A stretch of 64,000 bases of DNA, taken from contig JAQBYT010000010.1 in assembly GCA_027622665.1 (NCBI GenBank), forward strand, positions 32,001 to 96,000. Direction: 5' to 3'. Both the position numbers and the translations under genes were made by a program. Below, in pieces: positions 26,065 through 37,000 of this stretch (position 1 is its first letter; the number at the start of each line of letters is the position of its first letter). This stretch comes from Verrucomicrobiota bacterium. Its GTDB lineage: Bacteria > Verrucomicrobiota > Verrucomicrobiia > Opitutales > Seribacteraceae. The notes under the pieces are model-generated. The model ran no database searches. It had not been told where the DNA came from and saw only the letters and a program-made list of their open reading frames with translations.

Positions 26065-28580
26065 CGCCTACACGAGCATGCTTATATTTTGCCTTTGTCC
26101 TTTCCTTTACGGCTTGCGGCGACAAGGCAGACCGGGGCACTAACAAGACGAATGGTGAATCGGGAGAAAAAGAGGAAAAGGTAAAACTAGTAACGATCGA
26201 AGGAATCCGTCGACCGGAAAGCTTCATCGTGGAAAAGCTCCACGACATACCATTGGTCCCCTTCGGTTCATTGATCAGCCTAACCTTCGACTCCAAGGGA
26301 GACCTTCTGGCGGGTTCCGAGAAGGGTCCTCTCAGTCGTATTCGCTTGAACGACGAAGGGAGGGTCGAGGAAATGGAGGTAGTCCGAGGTGCCCCTGGGC
26401 AAGTTCATGGCATCCTGGAAGCATTCAACTCACTCTACTTGGTAAGTAATGAAAAAGAAGGACTCGTCAGATGCCGCGACGTGAATGATGACGGGATCTA
26501 TGACCAGACGGAACTTCTTCTGCCTCTGCAGGGAGAAGGTGAGCACGGACCACATGCGATTATTCTGTCAGCGGACGGCGAAAACCTAATCCTAATTGCG
26601 GGCAACCATTGCCCCACGACATTGGAGACGACCTTCTCTTCCTTGCCCGCCCCAGGCGGTTGGATTGGTCTCCTTCCCCCGGATGCCTCAAAGATCGAGA
26701 TTATCGCCTCAGGTCTACGGAATGCCTACGACGTAGTTCTCAATGCTCAGGGTGACCTCTTCACCTGTGACTCAGACGCCGAACAAGACGCAGGGCTTCC
26801 TTGGTATCGCCCTCCACGCTTTCTTCATGCTGTCAATGGAGCTGACTTCGGCTGGCGGAAAGGTCCTGAAAAATGGCCCAAGCACTATGCCGACTCCTTG
26901 CCTCCTATCGCAGAGCTCGGACCATCGTCACCGGCCGGATTGGTGTCGGGACACCTCACCCATTTTCCAAAACCTTACAAGAACGCCATTTTCGTCTTGG
27001 ATTGGACCTTCGGAACCATACACAGCATCCATCTGAAACCGGAAGGGGCAGGCTACAAAGCGAAAAGTCAGGTATTTCTCTCAGGGCCAAACATGCCGGT
27101 AACCGATGCGGCAATTCATCCTGACGGGTCACTCTATTTCGTGACGGGTGGTCGGGGCGTTCCCTCCAAGTTGTACCGAGTTCGACACGAAAATCCAACC
27201 GGACCGAGTCAAGAATCTCAGCCTAGCCCGAGGCTCAGGGAACAAAGGCTCAGACTCGAGAGTTTTCACCAGAGTAATCCTAGCGACAGGGCTCTTCGTG
27301 AAGCATGGGAAAGCTTGGGCAACCCTGATCGTTGGGTTAGGCATGCCGCTCGAATCGCCCTTGAGAGACAACCCGTAGATGGTTGGCGTACCCTTTTTGA
27401 AAAAGAGACAAACAATCGGGCATCCATCCACGCTTCGCTTGCCCTTGCCCGCAAAGCCCCCGTCCATCGCCGGGCCGCACTTGCAAAACTTAGCAATTTG
27501 AATTTCGAGTCATTGAACGAGGGAAACCAACTCGCCTACCTGCGAACACTTGCGATTGCCTCCAAGATAGACCCCGCTCCACCGCCGGAGCTGTTGGCCA
27601 TAATAACCCCGCAGTTGAACGCGGCCTACCCTGCCGCAAGCGATGCCCTCAACATGGAGTTGAGTCGTATTCTCAGTCGTCTCGAACCCAAGGGTTTCAT
27701 CAACAAGACCCTCAATCTTCTGCAAACTCGTCGTAGTTCCCGCACTGACGTAGATTTCGCCATACTGAACCAAAACCCAACTTACGGAGATAGGTTCCGA
27801 CGCTTTGCGGAAAGTCCGGCCGACCCACTCGGTCTCCACTTGGCCTTCATGGCGTCCCATGCCGATGCCGGAAATTGGCGACCCGCCCAAATGCAACGAC
27901 TGGCAAGCTGGTTGCGCGAGTCATTGAAACATGCTCCTACAGGCACTAACTACCACGATGTTATTAATCGCCTTTCGGACAATGTCGAAAACGCTTTGAC
28001 TCCGACTAGGAGGGCAAAACTGGGAGCACGTGCAACATCGCCATCAAGTCCTCGTATACTCCCGCAAGGTCCGGGCAGCAACTGGACGTTGACCGCAGCA
28101 TTGAAAGCGACCGAGGCGCTAAGCAGTCGCAATTTTGCAAACGGTCGACGAACCTATGAAGCCGCCTCTTGCGCCGATTGCCATATTTTCGCAGGCAAGG
28201 GAAAAGCACTCGGACCCGTTCTCGACGGCTTGTCTCAACGTTACTCTCGAGGAACTATGCTTGAGGCCATCATTCACCCAAGCCGAGCACTACCCGAAAC
28301 CTACGCCACTTCCGTCATTACTACCAAAAGCGGCAATGTCTTTTCCGGTCGCATCGTATCACGGGACAAAGAGGGTCTGTTTATAGCGGAAAATCCATTC
28401 GCTCCCAATGACATTGCAAGACTCGAACAAAGCGTTATTAAACAAGAAGAAACCTCGCTAATTTCCCCAATGCCTACCGGCTTATTGAACTCGCTGAATC
28501 CAGACGAATTGAAAGACTTGACGGCCTACCTACTAGCTGATGGGAAGGTGGAAGACTCTAGATTTTTTCGTTCCAATTGA
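26061..28580 (+). CDS. PVC heme-binding lipoprotein (propeller + HEAT + cytochrome c)
   Basis: GTG start overlaps the kdgD stop (GTGA); lipobox-like SFTAC; GEHGPHA, GLRNAYD, DWTFG; C-terminal CADCH..GP.L...SPMP.GL. Confidence 0.8.
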   Translation: MTPTRACLYFAFVLSFTACGDKADRGTNKTNGESGEKEEKVKLVTIEGIRRPESFIVEKLHDIPLVPFGSLISLTFDSKGDLLAGSEKGPLSRIRLNDEGRVEEMEVVRGAPGQVHGILEAFNSLYLVSNEKEGLVRCRDVNDDGIYDQTELLLPLQGEGEHGPHAIILSADGENLILIAGNHCPTTLETTFSSLPAPGGWIGLLPPDASKIEIIASGLRNAYDVVLNAQGDLFTCDSDAEQDAGLPWYRPPRFLHAVNGADFGWRKGPEKWPKHYADSLPPIAELGPSSPAGLVSGHLTHFPKPYKNAIFVLDWTFGTIHSIHLKPEGAGYKAKSQVFLSGPNMPVTDAAIHPDGSLYFVTGGRGVPSKLYRVRHENPTGPSQESQPSPRLREQRLRLESFHQSNPSDRALREAWESLGNPDRWVRHAARIALERQPVDGWRTLFEKETNNRASIHASLALARKAPVHRRAALAKLSNLNFESLNEGNQLAYLRTLAIASKIDPAPPPELLAIITPQLNAAYPAASDALNMELSRILSRLEPKGFINKTLNLLQTRRSSRTDVDFAILNQNPTYGDRFRRFAESPADPLGLHLAFMASHADAGNWRPAQMQRLASWLRESLKHAPTGTNYHDVINRLSDNVENALTPTRRAKLGARATSPSSPRILPQGPGSNWTLTAALKATEALSSRNFANGRRTYEAASCADCHIFAGKGKALGPVLDGLSQRYSRGTMLEAIIHPSRALPETYATSVITTKSGNVFSGRIVSRDKEGLFIAENPFAPNDIARLEQSVIKQEETSLISPMPTGLLNSLNPDELKDLTAYLLADGKVEDSRFFRSN

Positions 28581-29129
28581 TTGAATTGCAGAAGTAAATT
28601 CAACGGCAGATCCGGAATAATTCTTCGTCTGACTGATCTGAAGCAACGCCGCTAGCAAGGGTTAACCTTGGTTCATGACTATGTCGAGTTGAGGTGGTTC
28701 CACCCGGAGCGTAAAGGCAGGCAAGGACGCCACGCATAACATCACCATCTCAACGGCTCAGGGTCACAACTAATCAAAATTGGTAACGCATTGGCGTTGG
28801 AATAGATACATTTGTCGGTGACAACTAATATATCCTGACCGCGCAAGGCATTCTCCAACTCATCGAAGTCGCTTCAGGCAAGATCGTGAAGAGGTCCCCC
28901 GTGGGCAAATACTGCAAACGGAGCCCGTTCATTCATGTGGAGTAGGAAGCTCTACGACACCGACAAAGCACACCAGAGCCTTATCCTTTCGGCCGACCTC
29001 GACTTCGAAGTCCTAACCGGAAACCCCGCAAACAAAATGCCCCAAGGTTCCCCGCCTTCTCTACCGGGCAGGCATTTCTACGCATCTAAGAACGCCTATG
29101 CGGCAGGGGCAAGTCACTCTAAAAGGTCA

Positions 29130-29858
29130 TCATTTTTTCTTACCCCAGCGCGTTTCCCAGATGGCGGCAAGTTGTTCGACACGTTCGGGGTACTTGGGGG
29201 CAATGTTATTTGTTTCAGTGCGATTCTCGGCGAGATGGTAGAGGGCCCAGGGACGCCTACCTTCGCGGACGATCTTGTACTCGCCCTTCACGATGGCATG
29301 AGTACCGCCGTGGTTGAAGACGTAGGCGTGGTCGCGATCGACGGTCTTGCCTTTAAGGATCGGGACCAGCGAGAAGCTTTCGTGGGGTTTGGTTTCCTTG
29401 CCGTTGAATTCCTCGGGGTACTCAGCCTCGGCGAGCTCTAGACAGGTGGCCATCATATCGACGACGTGTCCTCGCTGTTTTGAGATGGAGCCAAGTTTGG
29501 TCTTCAAGCCGGCGGGCCAATGGACGATGGCGGGCGTGCAGGCCCCTCCGTTGTGGACATTCATCTTGTAGCGGCGCATGGGGGTGTTTTGGGCATTGGC
29601 CCAGTTGTGCCCTACGCTGCCGTAGGTCATGGGGCCGCCCATGGGGACGTCGAACTTGTCGCCCACGGCAATGGTCTTACCGGCTTTCTTGGCCTTGGCG
29701 AGTATGTTGTTTGCCGTGTTCCAGCCGTTGCCGCCGAGGTGTTCGGGACAGGCCCCGTTGTCATGGAAGTAGATGATGAGGGTGTCGTCGAGTTGCTTTG
29801 TTTTTTCGAGGGCTTGGACAATATTGCCCACAGCTTGGTCCATGTGGTCGACCATGGC
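29130..29858 (-). pseudogene. Arylsulfatase, C-terminal fragment (5' two-thirds missing)
   Basis: AMVDHMDQAVG, DTLIIYFHDNGA, WANAQNTPMR.YK..H.GG..TP.IVHWP, ALYHL..NRTETNN; no N-terminal catalytic region upstream. Confidence 0.8.
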
Positions 29859-29913
29859 CTCTCCCCCCGCTGGAGGATCGCGTCAAGCCATGGGACACCA
29901 TAGACCACAAGCC

Positions 29914-30603
29914 ATGGCGTATTCTGACGAAGGGCTCGCACAGGTAGCAAAGCTAAAGAACATCGTTTCACTACATCTTGGAGGAACCAAGATAACTGGT
30001 GCGGGCATGGTACACTTGAAGGGATTGAAACAACTTCAGCGACTTCATCTAGAGAAAACCGAAGTTGACGACGACGGTCTCGCCGAACTCGGAGGTTTAT
30101 CCGAGCTCGAATACCTTAATCTCCATGCCACAAAAACAACTGACGCAGGATTGGAGAATCTGGTCGGTCTCAACAAACTTAGATGCCTCTACCTTTGGCA
30201 AACCAAGGTTACCGATGAGGGGGTGACTAAACTTGGGAAGGTTCTTCCCGATCTCGTCATAGATACCGGAGCCGACCTCTCCACGGTCACTGCCTCAGAA
30301 CCTCCTGCAAAAAAAGTAGACATCAAATGGAATCCCGCCGGGACCGTGGGACCGCCCCGTTCACAAAACGGTCCAAATACCGCCATTCACTTCGAAAACA
30401 AGTCGGGGAGGAAAGTAAAGGTGTTCTGGCTCAAGTACACGGGCGGTTTGCAATTATACGGCGAATTGAATGAAGGCGATACTCGACGGCAAAATACCTA
30501 CGCGGGGAACGTATGGGTAATCACCGATGAGAAAGACAACCGGCTCGGACACTTCATCTCCGTAAAAGACGATGGACTGGCTATTGTCCCGCTAATAAAG
30601 TAA
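29914..30603 (+). pseudogene. 5'-truncated leucine-rich-repeat + VHL-beta-domain protein
   Basis: LRR units LHLGGTKITGAG, LHLEKTEVDDDGL, LNLHATKTTDAGL, LYLWQTKVTDEG, then IHFENKSGRKVKVFWLKYTG..YGEL..G..RQNTYAGNVWVITD. Begins mid-repeat and may still translate from ATG 29914. Confidence 0.65.
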
Positions 30604-30619
30604 AAAGAACGAAGAAAGT

Positions 30620-31660
30620 CTTCGAAAGAATCGTGAAGGTAATTAGCGTCCATCACCATCGGTGATTACGCAAAAGGATCAACTTGTCGTTGGGCAACAC
30701 GTCCGAGGATGCAACATAAGCGTTACCATCGGCATCCCAACGAATGGGAAGCGGGAGTTCCGCCCCTAGCAATTCATCGTCGAAAAGGTTTATGTCGAAA
30801 CCATCGAGCACCTAAAAAGACTTCATTTCCGTTTCAACATCGATTCCCTTGAATCCGGTCAATTCAGAAGATTTCCGAGTAATGGGTGGTTGATCTGCAA
30901 AAACCCGAGCCTATGCATTCTCTATGAGTCCAGGCTAAGTCGACCACTCCTGCTTGAAAGAAGGCAAGCCCCTTGACGCATTCGAGAATACGCGGCGATT
31001 CTCATCGCCAAAAAGACATTTCCAATTGGCGGGTCTCCAGTACTCGTACCAAAGCCTATGCTTTTCACGCACAGTTGCGACTAACTTGGTGGACGGTTTA
31101 ATTTCCTCCACGAAATCACGAATAAAAGGAATATTGCGGGGAGTAGCCATTTCCTCGACCGCCAGAGTGTAGACGTCGAAGGAGGTCTCCTCGACACTCC
31201 ATTCGAATGCCGAGGGAACAAGCAAGGTCACATCCGTTCGTCGAGCGAGAATAGGGACCAGTTTATCGTAAGCCTTGGTAAAGTCTTCCAAGCGACGAGG
31301 ACCATCCAGTAACTGAATCTTACCGAACCGAGAGATCACCACAGTAGTCCCAACTTTCTTCAATTGCACGTCTCAATCCTCTAAGGTTTGTCACCGCCAA
31401 CGGTCAGAGATCTGTGCTTTGGCGGTAAACCGCATCTCCATCCCAAGCCAAATCCCGAAAACGAGGATTGGTGACAAGAAAGCGTTTCGTAATAGAAGTT
31501 TCTACAAGACCTTCCTTTTGCATCCGCACCATATCGGAACCACCGACGAAGGCCACAACATCATCTTTTTTTCAGAGCAAAATCGGGTTTAGCATCAGCA
31601 TCGGACGAGCAAAGATGAATCCCGTGGAGGACACCAATCGTAGCTAACAAGACCAGTTTG
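30620..31660 (-). pseudogene. Decayed SGNH-like + PVC dehydrogenase-propeller gene
   Basis: Minus-strand pieces FALKK/DDVVAFVGGSDMVR, RFRDLAWDGD, EYWRPANWKCLFGD, DGFDINLF, IRWDADG, NDKLILL, TDGDGR, broken by stops and frameshifts. Same architecture as the intact gene at 50143-53307. Boundaries approximate. Confidence 0.7.
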
Positions 31661-31855
31661 GCCAGTCAATCTCAAGACAACCCCGATGGCGATTGCAACT
31701 GAGAAACCCAATTTGCGGACGAGTAACTTCTAGCATCAGGCAACCTTTCCATCTAATTATTGGAAGTAAACGAACGTTGCATTAATACAGATTTAACCAT
31801 TCAAGTTTGAGACAAAATAAGTCCGAAACCAAACATAGATTAAGATAAAGGCGAT

Positions 31856-32473
31856 ATGCAGTCAGCGAAAGAAGCAATTAATCGACTACGAGAAGGCAAC
31901 CGGCGATTTGCCGAGGGTAATGAAAGCCTCCACTCGATTGCCGATTCGAAGAAAAGGAAGATGTTAATCGAGAGACAGAATCCATTTGCAATCATACTCG
32001 GATGCTCCGATTCAAGAGCACCCGCCGAAATTCTCTTTGATCACGGACTTGGGGACCTGTTCGTCATTCGAGTTGCAGGAAACATCGTGGCTCCGTCTCA
32101 AATTGGTAGCATTGAATTCGCCGCCGAACGATTTGGCACCTCCTTGGTCGTAGTATTGGGGCATTCGGAATGCGGAGCCATTCAAGCCACCTTGGAAGAA
32201 TTGGCCCAGCCTAGGGAAAACCGTTCCTCGAACCTTCACTCAATCGTGAAGCGCATCAGCCCATCGGTGGAACCCCTACTGCAGACGGATTTGCGAGACA
32301 ACCCGACCGAACTTATGCGAAAGGCAGTACGAGCAAACGTAATTGCCTCAGTAGGAAACCTTCAAGCGGGTTCTCCAATTCTTACCGAACTGGTTGAACA
32401 GGATAAATTACAGATTATTGGAGCCGAGTATTCGTTTGATTCGGGACTAGTTGATTTCTACGAAGAACCCTGA
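31856..32473 (+). CDS. Beta-class carbonic anhydrase
   Basis: GCSDSR, GDLFVIRVAGN, GSIEFA, LGHSECGA. Confidence 0.95.
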   Translation: MQSAKEAINRLREGNRRFAEGNESLHSIADSKKRKMLIERQNPFAIILGCSDSRAPAEILFDHGLGDLFVIRVAGNIVAPSQIGSIEFAAERFGTSLVVVLGHSECGAIQATLEELAQPRENRSSNLHSIVKRISPSVEPLLQTDLRDNPTELMRKAVRANVIASVGNLQAGSPILTELVEQDKLQIIGAEYSFDSGLVDFYEEP

Positions 32474-32566
32474 CTCTTCATCGCGATCGGGAGAACGGGA
32501 AGGAGAACGGTTCAGAAGGTTGCGGGCCAAGCAACAAACCAAATCAATCAAGCCAAGCTTGACCTG

Positions 32567-34069
32567 CTAGGAACAAATCTCCTTAACCACATGCCCATGG
32601 ACATCGGTCAGACGGAAATGGCGGCCTTGAAAACGGTAGGTCAGGCGTTCGTGGTCAATGCCTAGGAGGTGCATAACCGTAGCTTGGAAATCGTGGACAT
32701 GCACCTTGTTCTCTACCGCATTGAAACCGAGGTCGTCCGATGCCCCGTAGGTCATTCCGGGCTTTGTCCCGCCTCCCGCCATCCATACGGTGAAGGCATA
32801 AGGGTGGTGGTCGCGTCCCCATCGTTTGCGGTTCTTGATATCACCCTGAATGAAAGGGGTGCGACCGAACTCGCCTCCCCAAATAACCAAGGTATCGTCG
32901 AGCATACCTCGCATCTTCAGGTCTTGCACGAGTGCGGCGCTGGCTTGGTCGGTGTCGCGGCATTGGTTGTAAAGCTCAGTAGTCAAGCTATTGTGTTGGT
33001 CCCAGCCGGCATGCATGCATTGGATGAAATTGACTCCCCGTTCAGCCAAGCGCCGGGCCATGAGGCAGTTGTAGGCAAAAGTACCAGGCTCCTTCACCTG
33101 CGGCCCATACATCTTCAACACATGTTCCGGCTCGTCCGAGAAATCGGTTAGTTCGGGAACCGAAGTCTGCATCTTGTAGGCCATCTCGTATTGGGCGATT
33201 CGGGTCTGAATCTCGGGATCACCCGCTTGATTGAATTTCAACTGGTTCAACTCGGCTAGATCGTCGAGTAAACCACGCCGCAGTTCGGGTTTCATGCCGT
33301 CCGGATTCTTTAGGTACAACACGGGATCGCGACTGCCGCGGAACCGAGCTCCCTGGAAACGAGTGGGAAGAAAGCCGGAACCCCAGTAGAAATCATAAAA
33401 AATCTGGCCACAGGAAGTGCCTTTGCTGATGGAAGTCATGACAACGAACCCAGGCAGTTGGTCGGAAGTGGAACCGAGTCCGTAATTGAGCCATGCTCCC
33501 ATGGTGGGACGCCCGGGCATCTCTGATCCGCTGAGTAAAAAGGATATGGCCGGAGCATGATTGACCGCCTCGGTGTGCATGCTCTTAATGAAGCAAAGGT
33601 CATCCACTATCTTGGCGGTGTGGGGCATGAATTCGCTCACCCAAGCCCCTGATTGACCATGCCGGTGAAAAGGTTCCACTGGTTCCAGCATGAGCTTCCC
33701 GCTCGGGTTGCCGGTCATGGTGCTGAAACGTTTACCGCCAAGGTATTCCTCGGGGACCGGCTTACCATGCAACTTGTGCAGACGAGGCTTGTAGTCAAAG
33801 AGATCGACGTGCGTGGGGGCACCGTTCTGGAACAGGTAAATGACGCGCTTGGCCTTGCCGGGAAGGTGAGATGCTCCGAGACTTCCTCCTTGCTGGGTTG
33901 GAGATGCACCCAGCAAACCGTCACGGCCAAGCAAACTGGCGAGGGCGGTCGTTCCAATGCCGGTGGCTCCTCGGCTGAAGAACTGGCGCCTATTGATGGC
34001 GAGTTGGCTGTCCTGCACAGGTTTCGGAGCAGCGGGGTCGAGAATTCTCCATGATTGGTTCATAGTCAT
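32567..34069 (-). CDS. DUF1501 protein (Tat signal)
   Basis: INRRQFF; KAKRVIYLFQNGAP..DLFDYKP, NHAPA, GWDQH, GEFGRTP, GRDHHP, HVHDF.AT, GRHFRLTDV. Confidence 0.9.
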   Translation of the reverse strand: MTMNQSWRILDPAAPKPVQDSQLAINRRQFFSRGATGIGTTALASLLGRDGLLGASPTQQGGSLGASHLPGKAKRVIYLFQNGAPTHVDLFDYKPRLHKLHGKPVPEEYLGGKRFSTMTGNPSGKLMLEPVEPFHRHGQSGAWVSEFMPHTAKIVDDLCFIKSMHTEAVNHAPAISFLLSGSEMPGRPTMGAWLNYGLGSTSDQLPGFVVMTSISKGTSCGQIFYDFYWGSGFLPTRFQGARFRGSRDPVLYLKNPDGMKPELRRGLLDDLAELNQLKFNQAGDPEIQTRIAQYEMAYKMQTSVPELTDFSDEPEHVLKMYGPQVKEPGTFAYNCLMARRLAERGVNFIQCMHAGWDQHNSLTTELYNQCRDTDQASAALVQDLKMRGMLDDTLVIWGGEFGRTPFIQGDIKNRKRWGRDHHPYAFTVWMAGGGTKPGMTYGASDDLGFNAVENKVHVHDFQATVMHLLGIDHERLTYRFQGRHFRLTDVHGHVVKEICS

Positions 34070-37000
34070 TCCTTGTTCAGGGTTTCATCCAAGTTAAGCA
34101 AATTCAAGCAAAGGGCAGCCCATGCAGCTCGAATGATCGGAGAAACCTCGGATTTCGGCTTGGAATCGCCGTGTGTGAGAAATCGACGGGCAGCTTCAGG
34201 GTCTTCCGTGAAGCTGGCGATGCCTCGCTCCAAGCTACGTTTCAATAGGGTCAGTTCCTCCGCAGATGGGTTTCGACCAAGCACCCTCTTCGTGGCTAAA
34301 CGCAGCCGCGTCTCGTCATCCATGGCGTCGCGAAGAAGGATATCGGCAAGGGCGCGGCCAGCCTCTACATAAGTAACGTCGTTCATGATGGTGAGTGCAT
34401 GCATGGGCGTGTTGGTCCGCAAGGGTTTCACCTCGCACACTTGGCGCTTGGCCACGTCGAAAAACATGGCAGGCCCGATAATGCGGCGCCAGTAGGTGTA
34501 CAAGCTCCGCCGGTAAAGAGCCAGGCCCTTGTCCTCGCGGTACTGTTTTTTCCCGAAAGTGGCGTCCGCCCAAAGGCCTGTAGGTTGGTAGCTATAGACG
34601 GCTTTCCCACCTATTTGCGGGTTCAGCAATCCCGAAACGGCAAGAGCCTGGTCGCGAATCATCCAGGAAGGCATACGAAAACGCGGGCCCCGGGCCAAAA
34701 GCCGATTCTCGGGATCCCGTTCGTATTCGGCAAAGGAAGATAGGATTGAACTGCGACGGTAGGTTTCACTGGTGACGATGGTTCGAATCAAGCCCTTTAC
34801 GTCCCAACCGGATTCCATGAATTCGGCGGCCAACCAATCGAGCAGTTCGGGATGACGAGGATATTCCGCCTGCACACCAAAATTTTCGGTCGTCTTGACC
34901 AAGCCCACCCCGAAAAGCATTTGCCAAAAGCGGTTCACGGTGACGCGGGCAGTGAGGGGATGCTTCGGATCCATCAACCATCGAGCCAAATCCAAGCGGT
35001 TAGGATTTTCCGTCTTGGGCAAAGGAGGCAACCAAGCCGGCACATTGGCGGAAACTGGTTTGCCGCGCTGGTTGTAGAGACCTCTGTCGAGCATGAAGGT
35101 CTGCCGGGGTTTCGCCATGTCGGCCATAACCATGACTTTGGGGAAGGAACTTTGGGTCTTCTTCACCTTTGCTTCGAGCTCGCGTTGCCTTTGCCGCAAG
35201 GCGAACAAGCTACCGTCCTGGGCCGCAAAGGCCTCCATCACAGTCTTTTGATCAGATGGGCTACGTTTATCGGAAGCTGTTTTTAGAGCAGAGATCAAGC
35301 CGTCTCGATCGCTCTTCAGGGAGGGTTCCGAACTGGAAGTCGAAGAGAATCGGAAATGACCAAGATTGTGATGTTTGTGCTCTGAATTGAATTTCAAGGT
35401 GACCTCCAATTCGGCTCCCTTGACCACCTCGATGCTTTTCTTGAGGCGAAAGGCGGCCGCATGATCGCGCTCAATGGGTTTGCCCGCCCAAACCGCCCAC
35501 CCGGAGGTCGGGTTGTCGTCAAAGACATTCGTGACCTTGAGCAGTCCTTGTTCGAAGGTTACGGTGGCGCTGGCGACCTCAAATGGAACAAACTGGTCCA
35601 CGGGGGTCTTTCGAACCTTGAATAGGATATCGGTAAGGACGAAGTTCCCGCTATCGGAACGAGCCAAGCCACCATGCGTCATTTTGGGATGACGAATGGC
35701 CTCTAGCCTGAAGCCGGTGATCTTTCCTGCGCCCAGGAGGTAAACGACTTGATATTCGTCCTTTTCGGGATTTTCACCCGAGGCGTAGATCAAACCGCTT
35801 TCCAGAATCTCGAGGGTTTGCTTCTTTGCCTTGGCTTCTTGTGGAAGGAGTCTCTGCCAGTCGTTCGCGGGCAGGTTTTTGAGAACCTTTGCTTCCCACT
35901 TAGCTTTAGCGCTGCCCTGTTCCTTTTGGCGGCTTTCGATATCCTTTTGCAAAGCGTCGATATCCTTTCGCAACTGGACCAATTCTTCGTTCTGGACGGT
36001 GGTGCCTGCCTGCAGAACGGGTTTTGTGAATGGATCCCCTCCCCCGCCATTGACCGGCGTCTGGTTGAAGAAGGCGTTGAGTTGGTAATATTCACTCTGC
36101 AGCAAGGGATCGAACTTGTGATCGTGGCAACGGGCGCAAGTCAAGGTGAGCCCCATCCACAAGGTACCCATGGTTTCCGTCATGTCCCAAACGTACTCGA
36201 CCCGATTTTCCTCCGCGATACGACCGCCTTCGCCATTGATCATGTGGTTGCGGTTGAACCCGGTCGCAAGAATTTGTTCCTGGGTGGCGCCAGGCAACAA
36301 ATCGCCGGCAAGTTGCCAAATGGTAAACTGGTCATAGGGGAGATTCTCGTTGAATGCCTTTACCACCCAGTCCCTCCACGGCCACATGGTACGTTCGCGG
36401 TCACCTTGGTAGCCGTTGGTGTCGGCATAGCGGGCAGCCTCCAGCCAATCCCAAGCCATCCGTTCACCATAGGCAGTGGCTTGCAAGGTGCGTTCCACGA
36501 GTCGCTCCCATGCATCGGGCTTTTCATCCCCCAGAAAAGATTCGATTTGCCCTGCGGTGGGCGGAAGACCGGTGAGGTCGAGCTTGAGACGGCGAATGAG
36601 GGTCTCGCGGTTGGCCGAGGGATTGGCCTTGAACTCGTCCTGTTTCAAACGAGCGTCGACCAGGACGTCTATGGGATGCCTCTCCTTGTCCTTCACGGTT
36701 GGCCGGTCGACTGGTTCAAAGCTCCAGTGATCTTTCCATTTGGCTCCACCGGCAATCCACTCCTTGAGCAAATCGATTTTCTTCTTGGACAGGTTGCGGT
36801 TAGAGTCATGGGGTGGCATCCTTTCCTCGGGGTCATTGGAAGAAATGCGAGCGAACAGCTCACTTTTCGCCGGATTGCCCGGCACAACCGCTGCATAACC
36901 ACCAAGATCAGCCAAAGCGCCTTCCTTTATGTCCAAACGCAACTTGGCCTTGCGTTTCTTGGCATCGGGCCCATGGCAATGAAAGCAATTGTCGGAAAGA

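Noticed and set aside
28935..29441. 168-aa + strand ORF and nearby unassigned DNA (28580-29130)
   Set aside because: Mostly antisense to the sulfatase fragment; the rest may be another relic, but I could not assign it.
29850..29920. CCATGG/AAGCCATGG repeats as a mini-CRISPR
   Set aside because: Repeats are only 6-9 nt, irregularly spaced, and no cas genes are present.
32489..32511. GGAGAACGG direct repeat between convergent genes
   Set aside because: Two short copies only, with no hairpin or further copies seen.
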